Source: Okamejei kenojei
Lineage: Eukaryota
Length of the DNA stretch: 64,000 nucleotides
NCBI GenBank assembly: GCA_035221665.1
Contig: CM069159.1
Coordinates: forward strand, 18,290,001-18,354,000
Direction of reading: 5' to 3'
The stretch's first letter is position 1. Each line of letters begins with the position of its first letter. The translations under genes and the position numbers were made by a program. Below are positions 12,844 to 25,327 of the stretch, piece by piece. The notes beneath the pieces were generated by a model. The model was not told the DNA's origin and ran no database searches. It saw only the letters and a list, made by a program, of their open reading frames with translations.

Positions 12844-13463
12844 TTCTTAAGCAAACATGTTAGAAAATGGAGGACAGTAGCCAATTATGTCCCAAAATGG
12901 AGCACTATCCAGGTATTGTGAGAATTGACCATATTCCATTTCTGTTTCTGGTTTCAGGGACAAAACAGACTATCCAGGCTTCCCTTATCTGTACTCGGGC
13001 AGTATGAACTGGAGAGGCAAGGTCACAGAATAGAGGGTTTGTGTTGGATAGTGACCAAGAAGCATATATTAGCTGTCCAAGAGATGATAGAACAATCATG
13101 TTATCTTTGTCTAACACTAGGTTGGGAATGCATATAATGCATTATCATGAATTGTTAATAATATTTGCTTGTAATAAACTAGGAAGAACTGGCAAAGATG
13201 GATTTTTCCATTTGTTCTGTGGAATTGGTTGCATGAGGCTATCTGTGATGAAAGCTTTGGCACCTTGAAATGGACCTGTGTCTATTGTGTACCCATGTGA
13301 TTCTTTGGCACCATGAATGGGTGTTCAATATTTCATGACTGATTGGTTGAATTGATTGAAAGATACATCATGGAAACTGGCCTGTCCCCAAATTTGCTCC
13401 GTTCTTCCATCATCCTTCACCCCTCCACAGTTCAATCAACCACTGACCCTTGTCCAAGTTCTT

Positions 13464-13572
13464 GTCACCCATTCCTTATCTCCAGAGATGCTATCTGTCC
13501 CGTGGAGTTATTCCATCCAGCATTTTGTGTCTATCTTTGGTTTGAACCAGCATCTGCAGTTCCTTCCAACAC
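13464..13572 (+). mobile_element. Hammerhead-family short element (5'-truncated)
   Basis: Same consensus body and tail as the other copies. Confidence 0.75.
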
Positions 13573-13694
13573 TCTTGTCACCTTTGGTTCTGTTGACAAA
13601 GGAAATAACTTTCCATTAGGTTCTTGGGTTCTGAAGTAGGAATCAATCACAACATTCAAAATGGAGCCTACTAGAGATTTAGTTACTTTAGGCA

Positions 13695-13851
13695 ATGAAC
13701 CTACAAACCTGCATGTCTTTTGAGTGTGGGAGGAATCCGAAGATCTCGGAGAAAACCTCCACACTGACAGTGCCCATAGTCGGTATCAAACCCAAGTCTC
13801 TGGCGCAGTAGACACTGTAAGGCAGCAATTATACCACTGCGCACCTGTGCT
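13695..13851 (-). mobile_element. HE1-like V-SINE (partial)
   Basis: CCTACAAACCTGCATGTCTTT..GTGGGAGGAA..CTGTAAGGCAGCAA. Confidence 0.75.
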
Positions 13852-14896
13852 GAAAAAAAAGCATTTGTTGGGCTATGGAGAGTTGCTAGCTGGTTGAGGC
13901 TAACTTGTAGAGCTGGTATGGACTAGACAGGCCAAATGGCCTCCTTCGTTCGTGATATCCTGTGATAGTTTATCCATACTGGGACTGTGAACAGTCCAGT
14001 TCTGACAGTGCCCGATTGCCATGGGGAATTAGACTAAATTATGTTCCAAAAACTGGAGTAAACTCGCTGGCCTGGGAATTGCTTTGCATAATTCCAAAAT
14101 AAATACATAGCTGTGTCGTTAAATAAATTGGTACACATTTCAGGATGTCCACGTGTTTTTCTGGAAATTCAACCTCAACTTATCAACAGGGTTTTTATTT
14201 GAACTGGCGCTTTTTGTTTACCAGCATAAAGCCCCAACAAATTAACTTGCAATAGGACAATGCTGATGTCGCCAGCAAAATATTCAACGTCAACAGCCTG
14301 AAAAACAATTATGTTACTCACTCTGTCAGCTAAAACTGTTTAGAAGACAGACATTCGGGCAGTTGTCAGTGAGATCTTTAGACAGGCTCACACATGTGCC
14401 TGAACTGCTTTGCCCATGGAAGTTAAAGTCAAGGGCATTATCAGCTTCCTAGTCAAAGGATAATTCCAGACAGGTCAAGGTCACTCTCAGCTTCCCAAAC
14501 AAGGCTGTTGCTCATGGTTTCTGCCATATCTCTCGGCTGCTCTCTAAGGCATGCTCAAACCTTATATTCAAGGGTTTCACTCGCTTTTCTTTCAGCACGC
14601 AGGAAGGCAGAGCAGACACAGGGGGCCTTGTAGCCTTAGTGATTGGGCTCACTAAGCTGCAGATAGTTATCATCTGCAGTCCTGTCCTTCGAGAGTTTAC
14701 GTGCAACTTCCAGTCAGGATCCCACCAGGCAGTGGTCTGAGTAGTATCAGTAATGCCATTGCAAAAATGAGCATGTCCCCAGTGGGGACAATCTTTACAG
14801 CCAGCCGAGTCTGTTCCATATCTCTTTGTGCACTCACTCCACCACCCCCCCCCCCCTCCCCCCCCCATCATTATTGAAGAATCCGTTCAAGTCACA

Positions 14897-15145
14897 CAAT
14901 GGCACAGTGGTGCAGCTGGTGGAGCTGCTGCCTCACACAGCGCCAGAGACCCAGATTCAATCCTGAGCTTGGGTGCAGTCTGCATGGAGTTTCCATGTTC
15001 TCCCTATACAGTGTGGATTTCCTCCGGGGTGCTCCGATTTCCGCCCACATCCCCACACCCAGACTGGGTTTGCAGGTTAATTGGCTTCTGTAAATTATCC
15101 CTGGTGTGACGAGAGTGGAGGAGAATTTGGAATGATGTTGAACTG
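14897..15145 (+). mobile_element. HE1-like V-SINE
   Basis: GGCACAGTGGTGCAGCTGG..GATTCAATCC..GGAGTTTCCATGTTCTCC. Confidence 0.8.
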
Positions 15146-15209
15146 GGACAACTAACCACGTTGACGTGATTCCTGCAGTTGAAAAGCTGATAAATGAAGG
15201 ATGGAATCT

Positions 15210-15845
15210 AAAAGATGGAATCCAAAAGTGTCAGTGCAAGTAGATAACGTGGTTTCAATTGGATAAGTGATACCGAGCTTCATTAGACGGGACATTGAAT
15301 ACAAGAATGAGGAGGTTATGTTCTAACCTGACAAAATATTGGTCAGATTTCAGCTGGAGCACTGCAGTTAGGTCACCACAATGTAGGAATGATATGTTAG
15401 TGCAGGGGAAGAGTTGTTAGGGGCAGAGCATTTCAGCTGTAAGGAGAGATTAGAAAGCCTAAGGTCAGTTTACCCTGGAGATGAGATGGTTAAGAGCGGA
15501 CATGACTTGAGGTATATAAATCTAAGAGGAGTATAGATATGGTAGACTGCGGGAAACTTTTCTCCTTATCAGGGGACATAGATTTAGAGTAAAAGGGAAA
15601 TATTTAAAGGGGATCTGCGGGAGAGCTTTCATACCCAGAGATTGGCGAGTACCAATAAGCAATTCTGGAGAGAGTGGTGGAAGCATTGCCAGCTTTTAAG
15701 GAGTGTCGAGATGAACACTTTCATTACCTAAACATTGAACGCTATGCACCAGGTGCTGGAACATGGAATTAATATGAACGGGTGCTCTCTGGTCAGCATG
15801 GATATAGTGGGCTGAATGGTTTATTTGTGTGCTCTTTGATGATTG
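15210..15845 (+). mobile_element. CR1-type LINE fragment
   Basis: TTCATTAGACGGGACATTGAATACAAG..ATTGGTCAGA..CAGCTGGAGCACTG, followed by a CR1 3' UTR. Confidence 0.7.
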
Positions 15846-15887
15846 TGCTGTTTTTGAACTTGGAAGAATAGTCTTAGAGTGAGAGAT

Positions 15888-15975
15888 AAAACACAAAGTA
15901 ACTGAGCGGGTCAGGTAGCATTTGTGGAGGGAATGGATAAACTACGTTTCAGGTGGCTACCCTTTTTCAGACTGG
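15888..15975 (-). mobile_element. Hammerhead-family short element
   Basis: Reverse strand reads CAGTCTGAAAAAGGGTAGCCACCTGAAACGTAG..TGCTACCTGACCCGCTCAGTTAC. Confidence 0.65.
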
Positions 15976-17861
15976 CTCTCGATTCCAGCAACCGCAGTTC
16001 CTTCTGTCTCCAGAGTGAGAAATGGTGTGTCTGCAAGCCATTAAAATGTGGTAAAGCAATTTGGAGGCTATTCTCTCCTGTTTATTTACAACAACAAAAA
16101 CGAGGGCAGGATTTGGACCTCAGCTGATGGTGCTGAACATGCAATATGTTCATGAGGACTGTAATTAAATTTTACATGTGAGCAAGGCATGTAGCTCCAC
16201 TGATCAAGGACACGTTTCTCAGCATTAGTTCTGTTAACTATTCACAGATGAAACACCGAGAATCACTGAGACATTTGGAAGGCTAGCAAAGATAATTGTC
16301 CAGATTTTGCAGTCACCTGCAACCACTTACCACCAATCTTGATAACAAAAAGCCTACGCCTACTCTCGGTAATCCTTCCAGCATCAATTTTAATCGAATG
16401 CCGGGAGATTTTCCCACTTGCCCTTTAGTACTGCTATTGTGCATTTAATCGTGTCTGTGTCTTCACTATAGAGAGATAATTTGATGTGATAGATTAGGAA
16501 GATGATTATGTAAAGATAGCAAGTTGATATCAAGATAACACTGACTCCCTGCAGTACATGTCAACAAAATCAAAAATTGAAGTGTTATTTAACAATTCAA
16601 GCAGCAATGTATTGGTCTATTTGCAACACATTTGTCTTTGTTATCATATGTCTGCTCTTTTATCTGTGCTATTCCAGTTCATGTTACTATTCAGAAGGTT
16701 ATAAGTAGTTATTGATACTGTTAAAATTAATGGTTGGGTGACTCACTTTGACCCACTGAACATTATTCTTAGCACTCACCTTATCTGGTGATTGTAGGGC
16801 AGAAATATAAAGTGATTCATTTAAAAGGAGAATAAAAGAAAATTAAAAAGTCAAATCTCTAAGCGACATTGTGAAAAAGTTTAATGTAGTTTTATTTCTA
16901 AGCCCACTCTGCACAAGCATAATCGTAATTACATTTTCACATCCTAATTTTTATTTCAAAGCACCTGTTACTTGCAGAGTTCTATGTAGTTTCGAGTTTC
17001 AATGGAAATAAAGGTCACGATAAGAGTTAAAGTACGTTTATACCATTAATATTTTAAAAAAGTGTGAGTATGTGTTAATTTTCACTGAGGTATCCACTCC
17101 AGCTTAAGGGATAGACTTGATGCATCGGCCCCATGTTAATATAGATGTTCTCCCATGTCAAAGGCATGTAAGCAAAAACATTGGATGTCTATATGTTCAC
17201 GGGCTCCATTTATTCTTAATTATGGTCAATATGGAATGCAAAAAGAAACCAAGTAGGGAAGAGAGTGCATTATTTCCACTTCACCACTTCAGTCACTTAT
17301 TTCTATTCAATCTCTGCACTTCTAAGACTCCAACATAAAATTAAAGATACCTGTAATTCCTTATTTTGCATTGAGTCAGTGGTATGGAGCTATAATGGAG
17401 GAAATTAAAGACAGATCTTTGCAGTCTGCTTAATTAACTTTGCTATTTAGTTGAGATTGGAAGAAGAAAAAAAATGTTTTGCCATTAAAGTTAATAATTA
17501 AGTTAAGTAAAATGCAGGAAGTTTACATTGGAACCATATATCTCCAACACTAGTGAAGTTTGCTGTTAAAGCTTCTTCACTACAGAATCAATTTTCTGCT
17601 GGCAATAGATGATTTATACTGGCAAGCTGGAATCACACACTCACATCCAGGATAGAGTGCTACGCATGCATGCTGCCTGCTAGTAACAAGAATATGATTC
17701 TGTCTCTGAAGAATAAATTACTTAAGTGCCCAAGCAAGATTGTCCAAACATTCACGCTCTGCATTACAAGATCAGTGCTTTAGTATGTTGAACGTTGAGC
17801 TGTTTCAGTGGAGTGAATGTGGAAACCTAGTCAGCACTGCTCTGGTTTTACTTCAATAAGC

Positions 17862-17970
17862 ATTGCGGTGTCAAGATTATGGGGAGAAGGCAAGGAGAGA
17901 TAGATCAGCAATGACTGAATTGACTTGATGGGCTGAATGGCCTAATTCTACTCCTATCACTTATGATCAT
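17862..17970 (+). mobile_element. CR1/HER1 3' tail
   Basis: GGGGAGAAGGCA..GACTTGATGGGCTGAATGGCCTAATTCTACTCCTAT. Confidence 0.7.
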
Positions 17971-18101
17971 TACTAAGAACATCCCACTTGGCTGTATTCT
18001 AGGGTCAGAGTCTGCATTTTGTATTCCTCTGAACCATCAAATACTTTGAACTTGTGTAATTGTTATGGACCAAGTATTTTTAAATGTAGCTTACGACAAA
18101 G

Positions 18102-18193
18102 TGACACAAAGTTCAAGAGTAACTCAGCAGGTGAGGCAACATGTTTAAAGGACATGGAAAGGCGATGTTTTGGGTTGGGATCCTTCAGACTGT
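18102..18193 (-). mobile_element. Hammerhead-family short element (degenerate)
   Basis: GACACAAA..GAGTAACTCAGC..GGCGATGTTTTGGGTT..CTTCAGACTG. Confidence 0.6.
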
Positions 18194-18729
18194 AGAATAA
18201 TTTATTTTGAATTAATTATGACAAACTCAAGTAATTCAAAATAATTCATTTTCTAGATTTAAAAAAAGTAATGCCCAAAATATTACGCATCTTTGATTGC
18301 TAAGTGGGAAAGTATGGTATATAATTTTCCAATAGTTTGTCGCAGACAAAAATAACACTGCCATCTTCAATATGAAGCATATTTGGTTCTTTTTATTCTC
18401 TGTATCTTCTCTAAAACTTCAGTTTCCGCCTGATTGGAAGCATTGGAATTTGCAAGGAAAGGTGACTCATAAAATGTCAAAGCCATCATGAGACTATATT
18501 TATAGTGTTTCGAACATATTTATAAGTAGTGGCTATGGCAGGTGCGTTCATTGATATTCTAATCATCTAGAGGGAGCAAACGTTTACACGACAGATATTT
18601 GACAAAAAAAAGTTATCAAGAAGGAACCAAAGACGAGAAGACCAAAATCCCAGCAGAATTTGTTATTGCATTGGACGTGGGAAGGTGTTTTTTTTTGGGG
18701 GGGGGGGGTGGAGGGGGGTAGAGGAGAAC

Positions 18730-18958
18730 ACTCCATCATTTTGTGTCTATCTTCGTTGTAAACCAGCATCTGCACTTCCTTGTGTAAGACACAAAGAGCT
18801 GGAGTAACTCAGCGGGACAGGCAGCATCTCTGGAGAGAAGGAATGGTTTCGGGTCGAGACCAAGACTGTCACCCAGTCCTTCTCTCCAGAGATGCTGCCT
18901 GTCCCGCTGAGTTACTCCAGCTCTTTCTGTCAATTGTGGTTGCAGTTCCCTCCTACAC
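18730..18958. mobile_element. Cluster of hammerhead-family elements including an inverted pair
   Basis: Arms at about 18787-18846 and 18870-18931 are near-perfect reverse complements. An extra tail copy lies at 18730-18781. Confidence 0.8.
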
Positions 18959-19361
18959 AAACCTAGCGAGGACGTCACTTACCTCAGTTCAACTCTATCG
19001 CAACATTATTTACTTCAGTAATACAAACCGCTGTCAAATAAGTATCGTTCAGGCATATTAGCTGTCGATGTTCTTTATCATGAAGCCGGCTACATCGGTA
19101 AGGGCAAGCAGTTTAAATCAACGACTCTCGTACTGTTCAGCTCGGAAAGGCTACAAGTAAAAGTGCCACAAAGTTCAGCTGGTGGATCCAGGTATTATCG
19201 GCAAGTGTGATCATTTGTGGCAGGGCGGTGGTGGTTGGCGGTACTGAAGTTAACCTGTCCATCAAGCAAGTGAAACATCTTGGCAAGACATGATGAAGCA
19301 AGGGTTAAATGCCACTGCTGGCTCTGGTGGGGAGGGGGGTTTAAAATTGATTCAATCGCGA

Positions 19362-19537
19362 NNNNNNNNNNNNNNNNNNNNNNNNNNNNNNNNNNNNNNN
19401 NNNNNNNNNNNNNNNNNNNNNNNNNNNNNNNNNNNNNNNNNNNNNNNNNNNNNNNNNNNNNNNNNNNNNNNNNNNNNNNNNNNNNNNNNNNNNNNNNNNN
19501 NNNNNNNNNNNNNNNNNNNNNNNNNNNNNNNNNNNNN
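19362..19537. other. Assembly gap (176 N)
   Basis: Run of N. Confidence 1.
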
Positions 19538-20399
19538 CGCCGGGCAGTGAGAACAAATGCGAAAGGACTTCACCGCTGCCCGTCGTAATAGGATATCTGG
19601 GAATGAGAGATGTGTGTTTTAATCACTGCTGGTTCTGTGTAACTCTCACGCTACGGGAGGGCTGACAGTGCCGATGGTTGTATTAGGCTGTAAATGGAAA
19701 GGGTGTTAAAAAAAAACCAACAACAACATTTTGCTAAACTCTGAAGACAAGGGTTAATTGCCACAAGGGTTGTGACAGGGAGAGTGAATGGGGAGGCGGA
19801 ACGAAGGGGTTACCTGCTGTCCATACCAGTGTAACTCCAGTGCGCTGGTCATTGAGGGAGGCGGCTGCCAAGTGACGATGCTGGAATGGGAAGGACTTGG
19901 TAACGCTGCTCAGGCAGTAACTGACAAGGAAGGCAGCGGCGTCCAACTGCCTCTTGTCATCTCTCTCCCTCTCTGAACACATTTTTTTTTGGCTCCGACT
20001 GCATTGCATTTCCAGCAGCCCCCCCCCCCCCCTCCCTCTCTTCAAGAGGAGAATCCTTTTCAAAAACCTCGACTTTTTTTTTCTCTTGCGATCTAAGAGG
20101 CGAAGCGAAGCCAGCACTTGTGCACAGTTTGGATACACACAGCCTGAATCTATTTTCCGGGGTTTTTTTTTTTTTTGGAACAGATTTATATTGTTGGATA
20201 TTTTTTTAATCCCCTTTTTTTTTGGTCGCTTGGAGTTTTTTTTTTAGTAGTGCCTGCACCAGGTTGCCGTTTGTGGAAGTGTTGGGTTTTTTTTTGGTAT
20301 TCTTCTTCTTGTGTGCTTGCGGTTGGACGCTCGGCTCGGCTCTGCTCTGCTCGACTCGGACTGGCGATGCGGCTGTGTTTGCTGATCTCCCCGGCCACG
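19538..20399 (+). promoter_or_regulatory. Putative 1b promoter / 5' UTR, CpG-enriched relative to the window
   Basis: Transposon-free stretch with higher CpG and GC content directly upstream of the coding exon. Contains C- and T-homopolymer runs and a GCTC(G/T) pentamer run at about 20328-20358. The TSS cannot be determined. Confidence 0.55.
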
Positions 20400-20578
20400 A
20401 TGGGACCTGTCCCCGGCTCGCCGCTGACGGGCGTGTACCCCGGCAGGTGGCTGATGTTACTAGCGCTCAGGTTACTTTTCCTTGTACCTGCAGGGGAGCC
20501 TGTCGGCCGCAGTGACAGTAACATCCCCAAAGCAATGGACAACGTGACGGTGAGGCAGGGCGACAACGCCGTACTCAG
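20400..20578 (+). CDS. IgLON-family (neurotrimin/OPCML-like) coding exon 1b: signal peptide plus start of the first Ig domain; gene continues beyond the window
   Basis: ATG at 20400 in near-perfect Kozak context (gccacgATGG). Translation [59 protein letters not shown](R) matches the NTM/OPCML N-terminus [38 protein letters not shown]. It ends at a phase-2 donor CTCAG|GTAGG (GT at 20579) and contains the N-glycosylation sequon NVT. NTM and OPCML cannot be told apart from this exon, so no symbol is given. Confidence 0.93.
20472..20494 (+). promoter_or_regulatory. Internal 3' splice acceptor inside exon 1b, for upstream exon 1a isoforms
   Basis: Polypyrimidine tract TTACTTTTCCTTGTACCTG followed by CAG|G (AG at 20492-20493) gives an 85-nt shared exon 20494-20578. 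This matches the known IgLON 1a/1b architecture. Confidence 0.75.
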
Positions 20579-22434
20579 GTAGGAGAACAACCCCGTCCCT
20601 TTGCATTTCCATGCACTGGGAGCCTTGAATTCAATGTGTAATGCATGAAAAGTTGTACACCTAGTCACTGTCGCCTGTTATTGCTTGCTTATTCTGCGCC
20701 TCGTCTCCTAAGCGGAGTATCTTTATGTATTGTTTTTTTTTTGTGGGAGAGATCTGGTCTCAATGCTGGATTAATATCAGTGGTCGGATGTGCTGGTAAA
20801 TCTCTGCCTGTAAAGGAAGGGATTATCCGCACGTTGCATAGCTATCATTTCCCCGGGAATTCGACTGCAGGCTTGGATATTGCTGGGATTTTATGAGAAG
20901 CGGTTCCGGAACATCGCCTGCCCTGTTTATATACAAGACAAAACTGCGATTTTGCTCACTTTATCTTTCAGCTCCTGACTACGATGGCCGCTGTTTTCCT
21001 TTGATGTTAATGATATTAATTAGTTATCCAGAGCCGCGCGGTGTGTGTGTAAATCTTCCTCTGTTGAGAACTGCTGATTTATTTTCCACTTTTCCCATAT
21101 TCTTGGACAATGCCCAAAGTGCTGTCTGCCGCCTATATTAGCAACTGCGTTGATGCATATATGGGGCTTCTTAAGTTTCTTGAGAGGTTGACATTAGGCG
21201 AGGTGAGGTAAAATTTAAAACAAAAATAGAACTGCCGGCAAGTTTTGAACCGCTGGAGGGGGAACAGGGGCGAAGGCAGAGAGGGGGTCATATTTAAAGA
21301 ATAGCGAGTTGCTTGTAGAACGGAGAAAATGATGTTTGTGGCTTTTATTTTACTGTGTGTTAAGTATTGTTGCACTGTTCTAATGGGTTTTTTCTTTCAG
21401 TTCTAATCCAAAAACGTTACGAGTGCAATGTATTCTTCGCCAGAGAGAATCGGTCAGTCGTTGAGATATTTACTGAAGGCTGCGGTCCTTGATGTTGTAG
21501 TTAGAGAAAACGCTTGGAAATTCATCTCTGTGCGAATAGTATCAATAGGCCAATGTGTGCACATTGCTTGCGCTGTGTTGCCTTGGTGTAGAGCACTCCC
21601 TCTGTTCACTGTTATTGATTTTATTAATGCAATCCTTCTCAGAACAGAGTCATATTGACAGAGGGGTGCCATTCCGATGATAGCGTATCAGGAATATTAT
21701 TATTCTTAAAGTTATGCAATGCTTCCTGTGCTGTGACAGCATGTCATGTTAATGATTTGCATTGATTTGTAGGATATTGGCTCTATAATCGAGGACAAAA
21801 CATTTGACGCGTAATTTTAAGTAGTTTTGCTGATTTTATTTTCAATAGTCACTAAAAAGGTTATACACTGTGACAAACATGGAATTTGTATTCCTATAAA
21901 TCTGATCCAAGTGGACCATTGGCAATTGATTTACCTTTGAAATTACAGCTGCATAATATTTGTGATTATAATGCCACTAATATTTATTGATCATTGGGGA
22001 CTTCTAGGCATGAAAATTATTTAGTTTTTTGATTTATAAAGGGGGAAAAAAAGTACTATAATTTAATTGTTATAGATATTAAATAGGTTCATTGGGATTC
22101 ATATAAAGCTGTTTGATAGCTCTGAATGCATTTATTTTACTTCAGAAGGATATTGATTTCATTGGGGAAAACTTCACGAACATTACATCTGTGACAAACT
22201 CGACAATAAGCAGGAAATGGCTGATTTTATGGTATCAAACCAGAAGAAACATTTTAGATGGGAATTACAGTTTTGTGTTTGATCAACAATCTAACTTTAA
22301 TTATTTTGCTTGCTTAGGAATTGCAATCAATTTCCAGCAATATGTGAATTTAACTTCTCCCACATCATGCAATCATAGGATGTTGATAGCACACAAATGT
22401 TGAAAAACTGTCCATGCAATAATTGTCATATGTG

Positions 22435-22592
22435 ATCATAACATCATGTGATAGGAGCACAATTAGGCCATTCAACAATGGCTGTCCTATCTCTCTCTCT
22501 CCGAACCCCATTCTCCTGTCTTCTCCCCATGACCTATACTAATCAAGAATCTATCTATCTCAGCCTTAAAAATATCCACTGACGGCCTCCAA
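22435..22592 (-). mobile_element. CR1/HER1 3' tail
   Basis: GATAGGAGCACAATTAGGCCATTC..CCCCATTCTCCTG..ACTAATCAAGAATCTATC. Confidence 0.7.
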
Positions 22593-23760
22593 TTAGCCTC
22601 CAAATGCAAGTCAGAGAAGAGTATCAATGTTTGCTTTTCAATGGAGATACCTGAGCTCTATTTGTGCATGTATGATAGAGCTATGTTGTTGATTGGTAAG
22701 ATGAATATACAATGGGATTTCTACAAGCATTAGTAATAATACACTATGGGCATCCAAAAAGCCTTCAGATTTAACTTAATTTGCTTCAAAAAGTGTGCCC
22801 ATTAACCACAGCCCAATCACACTGTGAGCAATGGAAGATTTCCTTTATGGCTGTTTCTATTGGTGACATTAAGCTGCTGAGTCATATTATATTGACTGCA
22901 TTATACCTCATAGTTTGCAGGACTGTAACGTTAAAAATTATGTTGCATGAATACCAATTGTCTAGTGCGATTTTTGCTAAGTGTTTGAGTCCTGCGGTGG
23001 ATCTTCTTGTTTCAGCATATCTTCCTCAGTCAGGAAACTTTCATGATTCCTGAGCAGGCTCCATATGAGGAATCACAGATTAATTCCTCCACTCCATTTA
23101 TTTTGCTGAAATTATATTTGGAGCTGGGTGAGCATGAAGCTGCATCATTGGCGAATTACGTGGGTAGACTGCACCAAGATGTCCACTCAAGCAAGAGTCA
23201 CAATTCAAACACACCCCACAAGGTTTATTCCATTCCTTCCATGGCTCCATGGCTTTCCTGCCTGAGTTAGGTAGAAAACAATAACTATTCCACTTGGAAT
23301 GCAAAGTCAGTTTACCAGTTCTGATAAAGGTTTGGCCAATCCTTAGCTGTTTGCAAACCCAGTTCTTCCTGAAAGTTACAATCAAACTAAAATTTAACTC
23401 GGTCTTTAGTTATCGGGGGCAGCTCACCTGAGATGAACCATCAGAATACACGACCTTCAGCAGAATGCTCGAAGAATATTGTTGCAGTTTTGTGTGCCCA
23501 GAATGAAGACATTTCAGTAGGACAGTTAAAACATCAATGCACTGTCTCTGTGCATGAGAAATGTTTTATGAATATTCAAAATGATAGATAATGCAAACAT
23601 TTAATGTCAATTTTACATTGATGTACAAAAACTATAAAGCATTTTGTGGAGTTAATAGCAAGTAGCTGTTTTTGGTTATTTCAGTGATTTGAGATATAAA
23701 ATTGTTATTTATTATGCAAAGATAAGCTATAACTTTGCTCAAGCCATATTATAGCCATGA

Positions 23761-23990
23761 GTTTAGTTTAGAGATACAGCGTGGAAACAGGCCCTTTGGC
23801 ACACAGAGTCTGCACCGATCAGCTATCCTACACACATGAGGGACAATTTACAACTTTACCTAGCCGACAATTACCTAGCTAATTTAAATTAGCCTACAAG
23901 CTCCGTACAGGCAGCACCCATTGTCAGGATCGAATCCGGGTCTCTGGTGCTGTAAGGCAGAAACTCAACCACTGCGCCACTGTGCCACCC
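23761..23990 (-). mobile_element. HE1-like V-SINE (internally deleted)
   Basis: GTTTAGTTTAGAGATACAGCG..GGATCGAATCC..CACTGTGCCACCC. Confidence 0.8.
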
Positions 23991-24069
23991 TAGTTATTTT
24001 CCATTTACAAATTCAAATGTTTAACGGAAGTACTTTGGGAAACATTCTAAATACAAATTAAAATCTTGC

Positions 24070-24225
24070 AACTGGAAATGTGAAAAAGTTTGAAATCTGA
24101 AACAAAACACTCTTGGAAGTGCACAGTACATTAGGCAACATCTGTGGGAGGTAAACAGTGTTAATTGTTTCTCCCTCCACAGATGTTGCCTGACCTGCTG
24201 AGTAGTTATAGCATTTTCTGTTTTA
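24070..24225. mobile_element. Older PLE-derived inverted short element
   Basis: AGGCAACATCTGTGG / CCACAGATGTTGCCT inverted, followed by GACCTGCTGAGT..AGCATTTTCTGTTTT. Confidence 0.55.
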
Positions 24226-24344
24226 GTTGAAGATTAATTAACTGGGGACTGTGGCAATTTTAATGAGTTCCTAATTAAATGCAATAGAAGTTGGTAACAT
24301 TTCAATTGATGAACATGAAATTGTAATATCCAGTAGGGTAGTAC

Positions 24345-24735
24345 ATACAGAAGAATTGCTGCCCTGGAACTCTATCCGACCTTTGGTTCTGTCTGTGTTG
24401 AGTTTTCACATTCTTCCTATGACTGGATGGATGTTATGTTGGTGCATTGGGTACCGCCACCATTCCAATAATATGTGGGTTGCCAGGTAAATTGGCCTCT
24501 ATGGACCCTCTGTGAATTGCCTCTTATGTGTCTATGAATGGTTGGATTTGGAGGTGTGGGGTTGATTGATGGGAATGTGGGGACCATAAATTGCAATAAT
24601 AATAATAATAATAATAATAAATATATTGATCCCCTCAGGGAAATTCAGGGTAAGTAGGGTAGGGTGAGTGTGAAATTGGAGACTTGATGATTGGCACGGA
24701 CACAATGAAGAGTCTATTCCTGTGCTGTGCCTTTT
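24345..24735 (+). mobile_element. Degenerate V-SINE interrupted by an (AAT)n-tailed Rex/Babar-type 3' end (about 24595-24648, minus strand)
   Basis: CTGTCTGTGTTGAGTTTTCACATTCTTCC..GGTAAATTGGC, plus (AAT)n followed by ATATTGATCCCCTCAGGGAAATT. Confidence 0.55.
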
Positions 24736-25327
24736 CTTTCACTATCTCTCTAAATACAGTAACTGAATCTTTGTTAACTTTCCGAGGTTTCAATCTAACT
24801 ATCAAATCAATGGTAAGGAGGCAGAGCCAAGTTGCTTGATGAACAGCCTAAGAGGACTGAACGTTAGCCAGAGCTATGAGAAATTCTCCAAAGGGGGGAA
24901 TTTTAGTTAATTATGTTAATGTTTAGTTAATTATGTTATGTTTAGTTAGTAAGGCTAAGGGTAACCACGAAGCTCACAGATTGTTATAAGCACCCACCAG
25001 CTTTAATAACTTCTGTGGGACAATTGAATCCATTATCCTTGAGCTGCAAGTGACTCCAGATCCATAGGCATGCATTTGTGCTCTGAAATGTTTTAGAGGA
25101 CCACGATGTCCGTTGGGGATGGGCATTAAATGCTGATGTTTCCTGTACCCATATCCTCTCATCAATTAAATTTAAAAAAACTGTCTCAAACCATGAGCCT
25201 CACTTCAATGATATATTTACTCGGTCTTCCATCCGTTGAATTGAAACAAATGCCTCTAATGTTTTTGCATTACCTGGCACATGTATACTGTGTAAGTTGT
25301 GAGCTTTTAATCTGTTCAAACAAATTG

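Noticed and set aside
20175-20582. 135-aa ORF taken as a complete small protein
   Set aside because: The 5' part translates T-rich UTR from a non-ATG start. The stop TAG at 20580-20582 lies inside the splice donor (AG|GTAG), so this is an exon rather than a whole gene.
20186-20668. 160-aa antisense ORF overlapping the IgLON exon
   Set aside because: It is the shadow of a GC-rich coding exon plus low-complexity UTR, with no recognisable domain.
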